Program-made: the position numbers and the translations under genes | Notes under the pieces: model-generated | Seen by the model: only the letters and a program-made list of their open reading frames with translations | Told to the model about the DNA's origin: nothing | The model's database searches: none | Origin: Camelus dromedarius | Lineage: Eukaryota | Direction: 5' to 3' | Assembly: GCF_036321535.1 (NCBI RefSeq) | Contig: NC_087445.1 | Location: 76,694,001 to 76,758,000 of the forward strand | DNA: 64,000 nucleotides | Shown: positions 12,990-25,086 of the stretch, one piece after another | How the letters are laid out: every line of letters starts with the position of its first letter | Numbering within the stretch: position 1 is the stretch's first letter

Positions 12990-13330
12990 CGTGGTCACGG
13001 ACCACTACACCAGGTGTGCTCGAAGTACAGTCGTCTTCTCATACGCTGTTCAGTGTGCGACCATCAGAGCAGCTTGTGCCCTTTGTGTCCATCTGACTTC
13101 GTCCGCTTGGTCTATCAATTCCTCAGACCTGGCAGACGCCCCCGCTTGTGTGTGTGAACAGGTTTCTCCCTGCGGCTGTGCTCCTGCTGCAGAGCTGTTC
13201 AGCCTTCCAGGTGACCGGGGCCCCTCTTCACTTTGTGGTCATGTTCTTTCTCTTTAGTGATTTTTTTACATTAATGTCGACTTCATCTAATACTACAGCC
13301 ACACCAGCTTTCTTCTGGTTACCAACTGTT
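12990..13330 (-). mobile_element. Highly decayed L1 fragment
   Basis: Contains the motif atctaatactacagccacaccagctttcttctggtta, typical of antisense old L1. Confidence 0.5.
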
Positions 13331-14109
13331 TCTTAACTGGAGTTCAGTCAAAAGAATTATTAATAGTTTCACTTAAATACAATCCACATACCATAAAATT
13401 AATCCGAATTTTGTCGATGGGCACTCATTCTAGCTGTCTGGGGGCTTGGACCCGTCTCCCCCCCTTACTCTGGCTCCTCCATCCACCTTGCTTGGTTCCA
13501 GGTTTTCCTCTTTCCCTCTCTCCTGCTGCCTCCCAGAGTGGTATCACCCATCCCACTCACTCCATTTTCCTTCCTCCTAGGTTAGTAACACCGTTTCCAT
13601 CTTCTAGTGGTTATTTTAGGACTTGAAATGTTTGTGTTTCATTTAAACTCTCATTTTTACTCCTTTTACAAACTTGGCATCATTCGTATCCAGGCCCCAG
13701 TTACCTGACCCCGTCAATTACACCTGCAGCTCCGGTTACAGGGGCCGATTTTCGTCCCTTCCAAGGGAGTTCTGGACTGACTCCGCAGTCACAAGGGCCA
13801 CTGAGTTCCTGCTCCTCTGAGCACGGGAGAGGAGGAGGAGGGGGCCAATGAAGAGCCCCACGCCCCCGACGCCCACTCCCTCCTCACTGCGCCCTGCCCC
13901 GCACCGGCAACTTCCAGGGAGCACTCTGGCCTCACAAGAGACTGGAGCCCGGACCTGGCCACCCCTTCCCCGGGCCCGAAGTCTCTTTCGCCAGCCCGCC
14001 TGAACCCTCCCGCCAAGTGGGCGAGGGGCGCGCGGCCAGGGTCCACTTGCCGCCAGGGGCCCGCGCCTGCTCGGGTCGGGGTGGGGGTCGGACGGCCAGG
14101 CCACGGCCC

Positions 14110-17100
14110 TCACGCCAGGCCGGCCCGCTCCAGGTCCTGGGGCAGGATCCGGCCCTTCTTGCGGGCCTTCTCCAGGCGCCGCTCCGCCTTGGCCGCCTTC
14201 TTCCTGCGCAGGTTCTGCCGCCGCCGGTCCTGCCGCTGCTGCATCTGCTCCACCACGTGCGCCGTCCGCTTCTCCCACGTGCGCCTGCGCCGCGCGCGCC
14301 GCCGCTCCTTGCGCCGCAGGGCGTCCTGCAGCCGCTGCTCGTCGTCGCGGATGCGCACGCCCTCCGCCTTGTACAGCAGGTTGGTCCACCGCATCCTGGC
14401 CTCGAGCTCCCGCGCCCTGCCCGCGTCCTGCTCCCGCAGCTCCTCCAGCCGGGCCCGCCGCGCCCGCAGGCGCTCCAGCAGCTGCCGGTAGTTCCTGCCC
14501 GTCAGCGGCGTCAGGTTCCCCTTCAGCTTCCGCCTCTTCTCCTTGCGGCGTCCCGCCTGGCCGGCGGGCTCCGCCCCGCACACCTCCACCTGCGGGAGAG
14601 GGCAAGGCCGGCTGAGCGCGCCGCCCCGCAGGCCGGCGGGGACGCGCGCAGCCGCGGCCGCCGGGCGCCCGCCGCACCTTGCTGAAGAGCAGCCCCGGCG
14701 GCGCCTGCGCCGCCGCCTCCTCGCGGGGCGCCTCCGCGGCCTCCGCCGCCGCCGCCGCCGCCGCCGCCGGGGCCGTGGCCGCGGCCGCCTTCTCCTTCGC
14801 TCTTAGCTCCTTGCGCTTCCTCTTCTTCCGGTCCCGCTCCTGCTTCCTCCGTCGTCGTTTCTCCAAAGCGGCGGGAGACAGCTCCTCGGCGCCGCCCTGG
14901 GGGGAAAGCGGGCGCTGGCTCCTAAGGTTCTCCCAACCTCGGGCCCCCCGTCTGGCAGGACAAGCGTTCCACTCGAAGATGCCCGAGCACCCAAAACGCA
15001 CCCGAAAGACACAAGGGGACCCCGCGAGAACCGCCTGCGGTTTCCAGGCACCTGCCCCACACCAGGGCAGGTCACAAACACGGGGCCACTAAACCTTCCC
15101 AATGACCCAAGAAGGGACGTGTCCTCGGTCATTTCCGAGAGAAGAGCAGGGGGCTGGGCCAAGGCCACCATCCAGATCTTGGCAGTGGGTCGGAACACCC
15201 CAGCGTCGGTGCAGACCAGGGCACTGTCCTGAGCTCAGCCAGGCAGACAGGAGGGCCCTGGACCTCTGCAGGACAGCAGGGCCCAGAGCCGGGGTCACCT
15301 CTCAGGAACTGGCCCTCGGGCCTGTCCCAGGACAAGGCAGAAAGAAGCTGGAGACTGTCCCCACACAGCAAGAGGCCTGGGGCAGGTCCCCGGGGAAGGG
15401 GGTGGGGTAGTGAGGCCATTCAGCAGAAAGCGCTGAAGTAGATTCAGGTGCCCGAGCCTCCCATGGCTGTCACCTGGGGCAGGTCACCTCGCCTCAGGCC
15501 CTCACCTACCTCTTAGGGCCATCGTGACATTTAGATGAAAAACCTGTAGGAAGGGCCGCCCGGTGTGGGTGTCTCAGCGGAGGCAGCTTCCCCAGGGAAG
15601 AAGCTGAGCCTCCCTCCAAGGCCATGGACAGCAGAGCCAGCTGAATACGGGTGGCCCTGGGGACCCAGAGCCCCAAGGTGATGAGAACCACACCTGATGT
15701 CTCACAGAAAGGAGCTGTGGCGGTCCTGGCAGGACCCGCTGGAGGGGCAGGAACAGGGCTGAGGCCCTCCTGTCAGCCCCACATTCCACTGAAATGCCCA
15801 CCAGGCCCACGAAGGGTGGCGGGGCTGGGAGCCGACCTCAGAGGGAGCCCAGCGTCTCCTCCTGCAGGCAGCACTCAGGGAGGTCTCCCCACCCACCTGG
15901 CCCCGGGCCTCCTGTATCTTCTCACGCAGGCGCTGCCGCAGAACGTCCAAGGCGAATAAAGACTCAGGCTCTTTGGCCGGGCCATCTGCAAAGGAGGGGT
16001 CGGGAGACTGAAAGGACCCCCCCTCCCGGACCTTTCTGTGCCCTCCCCTGGGGCCCAGCTTCAAAACAGCAGTCTCCGTGCACGGACAACCTCCCCCCCC
16101 CCCCAGTGGCCACTCATGGATCTGCAGGACATTTCCAGTAATTCTACTCCACCTCTTCAACCTGGATTGACATCCCCAGGACATCCTCATGTGGTATGAA
16201 AAAACTCTTCCCACAGTGCAGGCCAAACCCATCTCCCATTCCTCCCAACTTCTGCAGCCGCCCACCCCGCCCCCTTGCCCCCCAAAGCAGCTCTCAGGAC
16301 ACCACTTCTGAGACCTGAGAGCAGTCAAGCCAAGCTACTCCAGGTGCTCTGTGGGACACGGGCCTGCCCCTCTTCATCCCAGTTACTATGTGGCTTGGCA
16401 CTACTGTGCACTTGTGGAATCCCGTCCACCCACAGAGCCCCTGTGATGTATCCTCTGAAAACCGGTCCTTCGGGAAGTCTCATGCTGTCTCAGTGTGCCT
16501 GAGGGTGCTGTCATGGCCAGAGAGGAAGGGCCACGTTTGCTTCGATCCTAGATCCCAGTCGGCCCTGCCCAACCCTCACCGGCAGGGGCCCCGGGGGAGC
16601 TGGGGGCCTCTTCTTCCTCCAGGGCTGCCGCAGGCTTTCTGGCCTGAGGCTTCTCTGCAGGGGCGTGAACCTTGGGCTCTGCAGCCTTCTCATCCCGCTC
16701 CCGGGATTTCTTCTGGGCTTTCTTCCTCTTCTTCTTTGGGGGCCCACCAGCTTCTGAGACTCGAGCTTTGCCAGCTGAAACACAAAATGAGAAAGGGCTG
16801 CCATCCCAATATCTGTGACCCATTCAATAGGTAGGAAGGTGTTTCAAAGGCTTTGGTGCTAGAAGGATGCCAAAGCCAATCAGGATGGAGGATATGGAGA
16901 CCCTTATCCACTGGGCTCAGAACCACAAACTTCCTAGAGGGCAGACTGGCCACACTTATCGAACCCTGAAAACATCCACATGCTGACCCAGCAGTCTGCT
17001 TGTTGAGAATTCATTCTGGATATGCACAAAGATTTGGCCTCAGGGATGCTCATCATAACGTTGTTTAAGTGAAAAACTAGGAAAACCTAAATTTCTTAAA

Positions 17101-18103
17101 CCCTAAATCTACAGGGACAATTATGGCACTGCCACACAACAAACTATAATGTAGCCATCAAAAATAATGACACAGGCTTTCATTTTAATAGGTGGAGAAA
17201 ATGTTTACAATCTAAAAGGAAAAAATGAATGCACAAAGTAGGAAGCAAATTGTTTCAGGAAGTGAGAAATACTCAAAAAAAAAAAAAAAAAAAAAAAAAA
17301 GACCAGAAAGACACAGATCTAACTTATAACTGAGTGGTGAGAAAATTCACTTAATTTCTGTAACGACTATATTTTCCTTATATAAAGAGAAAAAGTTGTT
17401 TTTGTTCTCTGGTGGTTCCGTGCCAGGCCCTGCTGCTCTCTCCCTCGTGTGGACCCAGGCAGTACTTTACAATCCCCAGCTCCCTGCAGGCCAGTTTTTG
17501 TCTGTTTCATCTGTTTTGTGTATCTGCTTCCTGAGGGTGGCCTTGTCACCCCTGCCATGTAGACCCCCACTGGCAGGAGCCATCTTCTTCTTTCTCTCCA
17601 TACAGCACCAGGCCCATAGTAATGCGCTGAAATTTTTTTTCATCATCGCTCATCACCTCCATCCATTGTGGAGAGCTGGCCAAGCCTGTTCACGATGCCT
17701 AACAGCAGAACACCCATTCCGCAGGGCCACCCCTCCAAGCTTCCTGCCCGGGGGGCGCACATCTGAATCCCTCGCCCCCCCCAACCCAGACTGATGCCCC
17801 CAAAGAGCAAGGGAAATGAAGCTGCCTTTAAGCATCCCTTACAATCTTTCCTTCTAGTATTTCACAGGCTTGTCTCACGCATCTACGTGTCTACTCCACC
17901 TGAAGGCTACTCGGGTGCGGTGTGGGGTAGACACCGACTCCCGCCGCTGGGGGTGGAGGGGCGCCCCCTTCCGAAGCCCTCCAAGTCCCGGCCCCTGGCT
18001 GAGCTTTACCCGACTTGCGCTTCTGCGAATCGGGGCTGGGCTGGGAGCAGATCTTCCTGGCCAGGCTCTGCAAGTACGCATCCTTCGCGAGCAGAGAAGC
18101 CAT
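14110..18103 (-). CDS. SURF6: Surfeit locus protein 6 (nucleolar matrix protein), 358 aa, 5 coding exons
   Basis: Exons 18103-18010, 16774-16580, 15985-15897, 14896-14678, 14589-14110 total 1077 nt, all GT-AG with consistent phases. The protein begins MASLLAKDAYLQSLARKIC, contains ESLFALDVLRQRLREKIQEARGQ and WTNLLYKAEGVRIRDD, and ends GRILPQDLERAGLA*. Confidence 0.98.
16990..17300 (+). mobile_element. Old L1 (L1ME-like) 3' fragment with poly-A in SURF6 intron 1
   Basis: L1 3'UTR-like text (tatgcacaaagatttggcctcagggatgctcatcataacgttgttt; aatgtagccatcaaaaataatga) followed by an A-run ending at 17300. Confidence 0.55.
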
Positions 18104-18420
18104 GGCCGAAGCCTCGGGGGTCGGGCGGGGCTCTCTCGGGGTCCTACTCCGGGGGAGGAGGGTCGGGGCGTGGCGTCCGATGCCCGCACCAACCGCCCCT
18201 CGACACGCACACCAGCCCCAACTTGCGCGATTCTCACCCACCCGACTGAGCTCACCGGAAACTACCGAATGCCGAGCCGCCGGCGCGCGGCGCCCGATTA
18301 GCCAGGCCTGGCTCCACCGGAAGAGGCGCGCGGGGCGGGGCGCAAAGCATTGTGGGCCGCGGGTAGGGGCTGGGCGCGGCCCCGACGCAGCGCCTGGTGC
18401 GCAGTAGGCGTTCAGTACCC
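18104..18420 (-). promoter_or_regulatory. SURF6 CpG-island promoter
   Basis: CpG-dense with no TATA. Has ETS-type ccggaa cores (~18255, ~18317) and a GC box (ggggcgggg, ~18331-18339). Confidence 0.75.
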
Positions 18421-19231
18421 AAAAAGGCGACAGGAACAGGCTGGCAGGAATTCAGTCCTCGGGGGCTCAGACCCCAGGTGGAAGCTGACGAGCCCGCGTT
18501 CGTTCGGAAAGGACTGCGCGCCTCGGGTTCTAAGCCCTGGGATACAAGCGGTGAAGAAAGCCCACGTGTCTGCACCGTTTCAGTGGAAACTGCTGATAAG
18601 CCGGGCGAGTGTAGGTGTGGCGGATCGTGGCTTGCCATCTCCATACACTGGGCGATGATCTCCCTCATGGGAAGGAGATAAGCACGCCGGTGACAGGGCG
18701 CAGGGGTGAAGTCCAGGCTCCTCTGGCGAACCCCCCCCCCCCTCTTCTCGGTGAGCCTGGCACCAGGCATTGGGCCTGGCATTCTTTCTGGGCTGAGTCC
18801 TGATTTCTGCCACTTCACTTCCCAGCTCCGTGACCATGGGCATCACACTTCAGCCCCTTCCAAGCCTGTGGCCGCCCTTCCCTGAGATGCCAGTAACAGC
18901 AGCACCGGCTGAGGGTGCAACCAGAGGTACAGGCGCCCGGGCCACGTGGAGTGCAGTAATGGCGGCAGCTTTTCATGGATCCACCAGACATTAAGGCCCT
19001 TCTACGTCCTAAACACTACTTTCTAGGCAATGGGAATGCAGCCATGACCCCAAACTAACAGCCCCCACTTGCCCAGAGTCCCCGAGGGGAGGAGGCTGAC
19101 TTGGGGCCCAAGGTTGTCCAGGCAGAGGCCATGGGCTGTTTTCTGACAGCCACTGGGAGACCAAAGGTGGTCCAAGAATGACAGGGGCAAACAAGAAAAG
19201 GAACTAACCAACGCAAAAGGGTGGAGCTGGT

Positions 19232-19237
19232 TTTATT
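19232..19237 (-). terminator. Poly(A) signal of the MED22 long isoform
   Basis: AATAAA on the minus strand, ~550 nt after the stop at 19786. Confidence 0.7.
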
Positions 19238-19785
19238 TAACAGTCTCATTACAAAAATAACCAGAATGTGTGCAGCAGCAAAATCAGGAAGGATCCTGCC
19301 TGACTTCTGTAAGAGCAGGTGGTCCCGCTTACCCATAGCCCTGCAGGGGCAGTCAGCGCAGGAAGCTTCCAGGCGAGGTAGCAGGCAGAGCTCTGTGTAG
19401 GAGGCCTGGTCTTGGCTAGTTTTGTCTGCTCTGAGCACTACCTCCCCTCACCCTGGTAAACAGCTCAGGTCGGGCCTCCCAACACTAGGCATCCTTCCTG
19501 CCCCACTGTTAGGTGCCCAACAGGACAAACTGTCCTGGAAACTTCCCTCTACCCAGCCAGCCAGAAGACAGCAAATAAGAGGTGATGACTGAAGGAAGGA
19601 TGGGCCAGCAGCCCAGAATGGCTGGGGGAACACTCCTAGGTGGGCTGTCCCTGGGCTGACAGGGCCATAGTGGCTCCCCCAGGGGGAATGAAGGCTGAAG
19701 GGAGTTGAGGCTGTGGGGGCCCAGAGGGGGGCACTGGATTTCATTCCGAAGGTCCAGGGGCCCAGGGAGAGGAGCCCTGGGAGGC

Positions 19786-22700
19786 TCAGGTGTGCTCTGT
19801 GGGGCCGGGGCCGCCGGTGTGGGAGTGGGCAGGGGCTGCTGCCTGCAGGGGGCCGGCACTGGGCTCCGGGGATGCCAGCAGAGGGGCTGAGAGGCCATCA
19901 GCAGGGTCTGTGTCGAGGTCCAGCCTCCAGTAAGCTTCGCATAGAGGCAGATCATTAGCTTCGCAAAGACTTGAGCTTTTCCACCACCAGAAACCCAGGG
20001 AGAGACAGGAGCAGGCAGGATGGAAGCCAGGGGAAGGAAAGCGAGATAGAAGCAGAGTTAAGAAACAGACCACACCCCGGACCGCCCTCTCCTCTGTACT
20101 GGCCCCTCCAACAAGCAGGCCTGGCTGAGGGGCAGGCACGTGTGGGCTGCCCCTGCTTCAGGGTCCCCCAGGGATTCCTAAAAGGAGTCTACTGGGACCA
20201 GCCACCAGCAGGCTGTGTGATCTCGGCAGGTCCCTTCCACTAACCAACCCGTGTCCTTTCTGCCACATGGCCTTCCTAGCCCCCGCTGTCACTTCCTATC
20301 CTGGCTCCAGCTGCCTTCCTCCTCCAGCCTGGCCACATACTCTGTTCACAGCTGCAGGAACCAGTGTCCAGAGCTTGCTAGAGTCCTTCCCTGATCCTAA
20401 TGCTTCGCAAGCCCCCTGAGGGTACAGACCCTGTCTTCCTTCTGGGTCTGCCCCTGGCTGGGCCTCAGCCTAAACTGGGCAGCAATTAGAAGCGGAGGCC
20501 CTGGCATTCTGTCTCGCACCACTGACCAGCTGTGCGACCTCAAACAGGCCCCTTGAACTCAGTCTCCCATCTCTAGTACAGGCACAGCCAGGCCGGCCTC
20601 TCGGGGCTGCGAGAAGACTTGGGATGTAGATGCAGGTGAAGAGCATGGCTCTGGAAGGTGGTCAAGAGGGTGCACAGAGCACGGTCCTGTCCCTGCAGTC
20701 GTCTTGCTGGCTGTCTCCCGAATCCTGCCCTGCCCCTCGCTTCCTCCCGCGTTCCTGCCCTCAGTGTTTAGTCTCCGAAACCATCCTGAACACAGAGCAG
20801 TGTCCCAAGGAGAGTGGAGGGTGAGAGGAAGAAAAAGAGCAAATCGAGAGCAGAAAGCAGAGCAGAGAGTGTGGAGATGGGTGTGTGGGCAACGGGGAAG
20901 CACCTGGAGTGCTGGCGGCTCGGGGGGCTGGGGCACACGCAACCCGTGTTGGGGGATAAGCCAGGGGAGGTGAAGACACAGCCCGCTGGTCCTGACGCAG
21001 CTGAGCCCCAGCCACTGACATACATTTACAGATGAGGGACGAACTCAGCCTCCGGAGGTACCAGGAATAGTGGGAGGGGCTCCCAGGCCAGACCAGAAAC
21101 CATCCAGGTGAACCAGAGACTGATAGACCAGGAGCCAGGATGTGGGAGGCCCAGCTCTCAGGACCCCAGGGTTTCACTGTGGGCCTGGCCCTTGGGGCAG
21201 CAGAGGGACAAACACAGGGACATAAGGGATTCTGGGATTCTGCAAAACCAAGCGGGGCTGTGAGCAATGTCCCAGCAAAGTTTGAGTCCCCGTGAGACCC
21301 GCTCTGGACCCTCTCTGAAGGCCTGGTGTGTAGGCAGTGCTCGCTGCGTGTCTGCTGAGCCGATGGGATCAGGGACGAGACGTGGCCCCACCCTCCAGAA
21401 AGGTCTAAACCGCTCTAGCTGGGCAGTGAGACTCTCCCTTCCCACAGAGGCTAGGATGGGCAGGGACCCTGAAGGGCGCACTGAGTCCAGTGCAGGGAAG
21501 CCAAGCCTCAGACCAAAGGTGTGCTGGCTCTGGGTGTCTGCGGCCCCAGCATGGCCTCCACAGGACAGAGAGGAGCACTGAAAATCCATGACAGAAAAAA
21601 AAAAATTGTGCAGCGAGGGCGAGAGGGAGCATGGACTTTGTGTCTGCTGAGACCTCCCAGTTTCCAGCCTCAGTTTCCCCATACATAAGTTACACTTGGA
21701 CTCTGATTTTTCAGGACCCCTCCAGCCTCAGGTTTCAGGATTCTAAGTGGTCACGTGAGGACCAGGGAGACGGGTCTTGCCCACTGCCAGATACCTGGGG
21801 CCCAGCACGGGCCTGGCATGTCGGCTGGCTCCAGTCTGAACAAGGTTGAGTTGAAAGGGAACTCAGGTGTCCAAGGACCCCAGGCCTGGCTGTCAAGGCC
21901 ATCCTCTGGGTTCTTTCTTCCTCCTTCCTGGACGTGGGCCTGGGAGGCCAAAAGAGCTAGCCCAGCCTTGGCCAGAATGTTTAAATACTGATGAGACAGC
22001 TAAGAGGAGCAGACAGGCCCAGAAAGAGGCAGCCATCACCCCAGGCAGAAAGGCTGGCTCGGCCCTCCCAACCTTCGAGGTTCTGCAATTTTCATCCTGA
22101 TGCCCAGGCCCCGGTAGATGGTGTAAATTGTCTGTCAATCAGATGCTCTGACCGTGAGGTCTGCTCTGAAACCCAGGCACAGGGCTCTGCTGCCAAGACG
22201 GGGAAGGATTTGAAAAACAAGACCTTCGGGCTGCCAGGTGGGGCTGGGCCACCCCAGCTGGCCAGGCCCAGGTCCGCAGGTCCACTCAGCTCGGGGTCCA
22301 GCCCTATTTGTACCTGGACGAGTAATACTCCTCCTCCAGCTCGTAGAGGTCGATGGAGACCTCATCTCGCAGGGCGACAAGCTTCCGGTCACATTCCTCC
22401 TGCAGCGCTCGCAGCTGCTGGTTGCGCTGGTCAATGGCCTCGTTCACCGATGGGAAGTCGTTGAGGATGAGGAACTGCTTGAGGTCAGACACCAGCTTCA
22501 TCAGGGACTCGCCAGCTCGGACCTGGGGTGGGAACGGGGGCAGGTAGGATGAGGGAGTGTCCGCAGCCGGCCTCCGTGAGCCTGACGCTGGCTGAGCGAT
22601 GGCCTCAGTCCCCTCACCTGCAGAGTGGGACTGCGGCACTGATCTCCACAGGGCCGCCGTGAGACGTGGGGGAACTAGAGGGTCAGCTGCAGGAGGCAGC

Positions 22701-25086
22701 GTCCCTGGCAACCCCCGCAGCCCAAGGAAAAGCTTCCAAGGCGGCGCCATCCCTTCCCGGGTCCCTCACCTCCCCTCCCCTGGCCTCTGCTTGTGCCCCT
22801 GCTGGGATGATCTCCAGTCACACGTGTTATTCAAGTACAGGTTCTGCTTCTCAAAGCCTGAAACCCCAGATAAAACTGGGATCCCATTTAACCACCTGCC
22901 CTGCCTCAGGGACAGCACTCTTGCCAGCTGGGGGGCTTCCTTTAGGACCCTGTCCTTTGCATTTTCACCTGTGGGCCCGGAGCTATGGACATACGTGGCT
23001 GCTGTGCTTGTTCTGGGACATCAAGGGATGCATATTCTGATCAAAGGACCCGACTGCACATCCTGTTCCATCAGGCAGTTCACTTCCCGCACTGACAGAA
23101 TCGTCCTCTTTCTCACCACCGCCCAGCCGTGGTTGGACACGACCGGACGTGGCCCATTATCTGCCAGCCCCTCTCACGGCTGCCGTGGACAGCCCTCCTC
23201 CTCCCCACCCAGGAAACCCCAGTGGGGACCACAAGGGTCCTGGAGCCCGGGCTGTGCCCTCCACCTGGTGACTCACGATGTTGGCGGCTCGCACGTGCAT
23301 CTCGTAGTTGTCCTGCTCGCCCTGGGTGGCCCTCGACACCTGTGTCTCGTCCTCAATCTGGAGGGCAAACAAAAAGAAACAAGAATCAGCAGGTGCCCTG
23401 GCCCACCAGTGCCTGTAAGGCCCCGGCGGCAGCAGCGCGCCCGCCCTCGCCACACCCTCTGGCCTGTCTTGCCCTCCGCATCAGGCCCTGCTGACCCGGC
23501 CTCAGACAGTGGTCACCTTAACCCCTCTGGTTCTGTTCTCAGGAGACACAGGCACCTTCATCAGGACCAGCGGAGGCCTAAGGATGCTGGCTGCTGTCCC
23601 AGGTGCAGGAGGTCTCAGTCACATTCTTTTTGGGGCGTGGAGCCCTGTTCGTGACGGGCTGTGTCACTAGCTCGGGTGCTCAGTGAGCTGCTGGCCAGAC
23701 GAATAAAAGGACAATGTGTTTTTTTTTTTTTAAGTGACCATTTACCGAGCACCTCCTGGTTGCCAGGTACTGTGTTATGCCCTGGACCGTCATTATCTTA
23801 GGAAACTCTCATGGAAGCCTGGATCACTGTCCAGGGGGACAAACCTGATGCTGGGACAGACCGAAGAGTGCACTCAAGGTGTCTCAGATGGTGAACAGAG
23901 GAGCCAGGACTGCCTGTCGTCCTCTTTCTAACCACTGTCCGAGGTCCAGGCTATGAACTGCTCCAACCCACACACCAGGCCAGGGTTTCCACGGTGGCTT
24001 GGCCAGAGTAGGGGCAGGGATCACGGCCCCCTTCGTGGTTAGGAGCCAGACTTCCTGGGTTCAAATCTCAGCCGTGCCAGTTATTAGCAGAATGACTTTG
24101 GGCAAGCTGCTAGATCTTCTGAGCCTCAGCCCCTCCTCTGGAAGTGGAGGGGAGAGCGGTGGTGCCTTCTGAGCCTCCTCCCCCCTCTGGAAGTGGAGGG
24201 AGAGTGGTGGTGCCTTCTGAGCCTCAGTCCCCTCCTCTGGCAGTGGAGGGGGAGCAGTGGTGCCCCGGGAAGGTTAAACAGCACCGGGCACAAGGGGCCT
24301 CACAGCTCGGCCTGACAACAAAGTGAGCACTAAATAAATGCCAGCTTTCATCAACACTAGTAATGCTCAGACAAGCCTTTAAGGTCTGCAGCCGTCATGC
24401 AGAGACCACCCAACTCGGGACAGCTGCAGCATCAGTGGGCTTGCCGGGACCAAAACCAGACGCTGGTCACTCTGCCCCCCTGGGGGGGGCCTTCCCCAGT
24501 TCCTCTACCTGTCCGTGTTCACTCGCAATAGTTCCCACAGTAACCGCTTTACACAGATGAACTCATCTGGTCATCACAAGGACCCTATGATGCAGGGGAA
24601 ACTGAGGCACTGAGAAACCAAGTCCTTACTCAAACCCTTCTGGCTAGTAAGTGGTGCTGGATGTCGGATCCTGACAATTGGACTAGAGTCCCCTACAACT
24701 GCCTTACCAGGACCGTAATTCACTGGCTTGTTTATTTATCTATTGACTTGTTATTGTCAATCCCCTAGCCACCCTCCCCGTGGGGACAAGGGCCTTGTGT
24801 GTGGGTTCACTGCTGTATCCCCACCATCTCGCAGGGAGCACGCATGTTTAGTGGATGCTGCTGAAAGCAGACACCCCGGCTCCGCTTACCACTGTCCACA
24901 ACCTCCAGACCCTGCCACTTCCCTTGGTCTCAGAAGGGGCAGGAGACCGGTGGCCTCGCCCACCTTGGCGGTCTTGATGATTTCGGTGAAGTTGTCCATG
25001 ATGGACTTGACGTCGTCCTTGAGCCGCTTGTTGTAAGACTGCAGCAGCGTCTCCTTGCTCTGCGGCAGGGCTCTCTGCTGGGCCAT
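19786..25086 (-). CDS. MED22: Mediator complex subunit 22 (SURF5), long isoform, 200 aa
   Basis: Exons 25086-24964, 23357-23277, 22522-22314, 19975-19786 total 603 nt. The protein reads [25 protein letters not shown]…[27 protein letters not shown]…[23 protein letters not shown]…PTEHT*. Confidence 0.97.
22304..25086 (-). CDS. MED22: MED22 short isoform, 140 aa (reads through the donor at 22313 into the intron)
   Basis: The reading frame continues across the GT donor as …YYSSRYK* (TAG at 22306-22304), for 423 nt in total. This matches the known 140-aa form. Confidence 0.9.
24036..24300 (+). mobile_element. MIR SINE whose core is expanded into a 3-copy ~50-bp tandem repeat (24116-24263)
   Basis: MIR core (ctgggttcaaatctcagccgtgcc…tgactttgggcaag…tctgagcctcag) followed by three near-identical units. 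Confidence 0.7.
24560..24690 (-). mobile_element. MIR SINE fragment
   Basis: Contains the antisense MIR core ggaaactgaggcactgaga. Confidence 0.6.
24727..24860 (+). mobile_element. LINE-2 3' fragment
   Basis: Contains ggggacaagggccttgtgtgtgggttcactgctgtatcccca, resembling the L2 3' end. Confidence 0.55.

Noticed and set aside
13736-15001. 421-aa minus-strand ORF
   Set aside because: Only 14896-14678 (SURF6 exon 4) is real. The rest is read-through into GC-rich intron and an out-of-frame pass over exon 5, where stops are rare.
4118-16103. Long poly-C/poly-G runs (~4118-4141, ~11400-11416, ~16092-16103)
   Set aside because: These are simple homopolymers prone to slippage and sequencing error, with no specific functional context.
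22599-23654. 351-aa plus-strand ORF
   Set aside because: It lies antisense to MED22 introns and exon 3, has no recognisable domain, and is expected by chance at this GC content.
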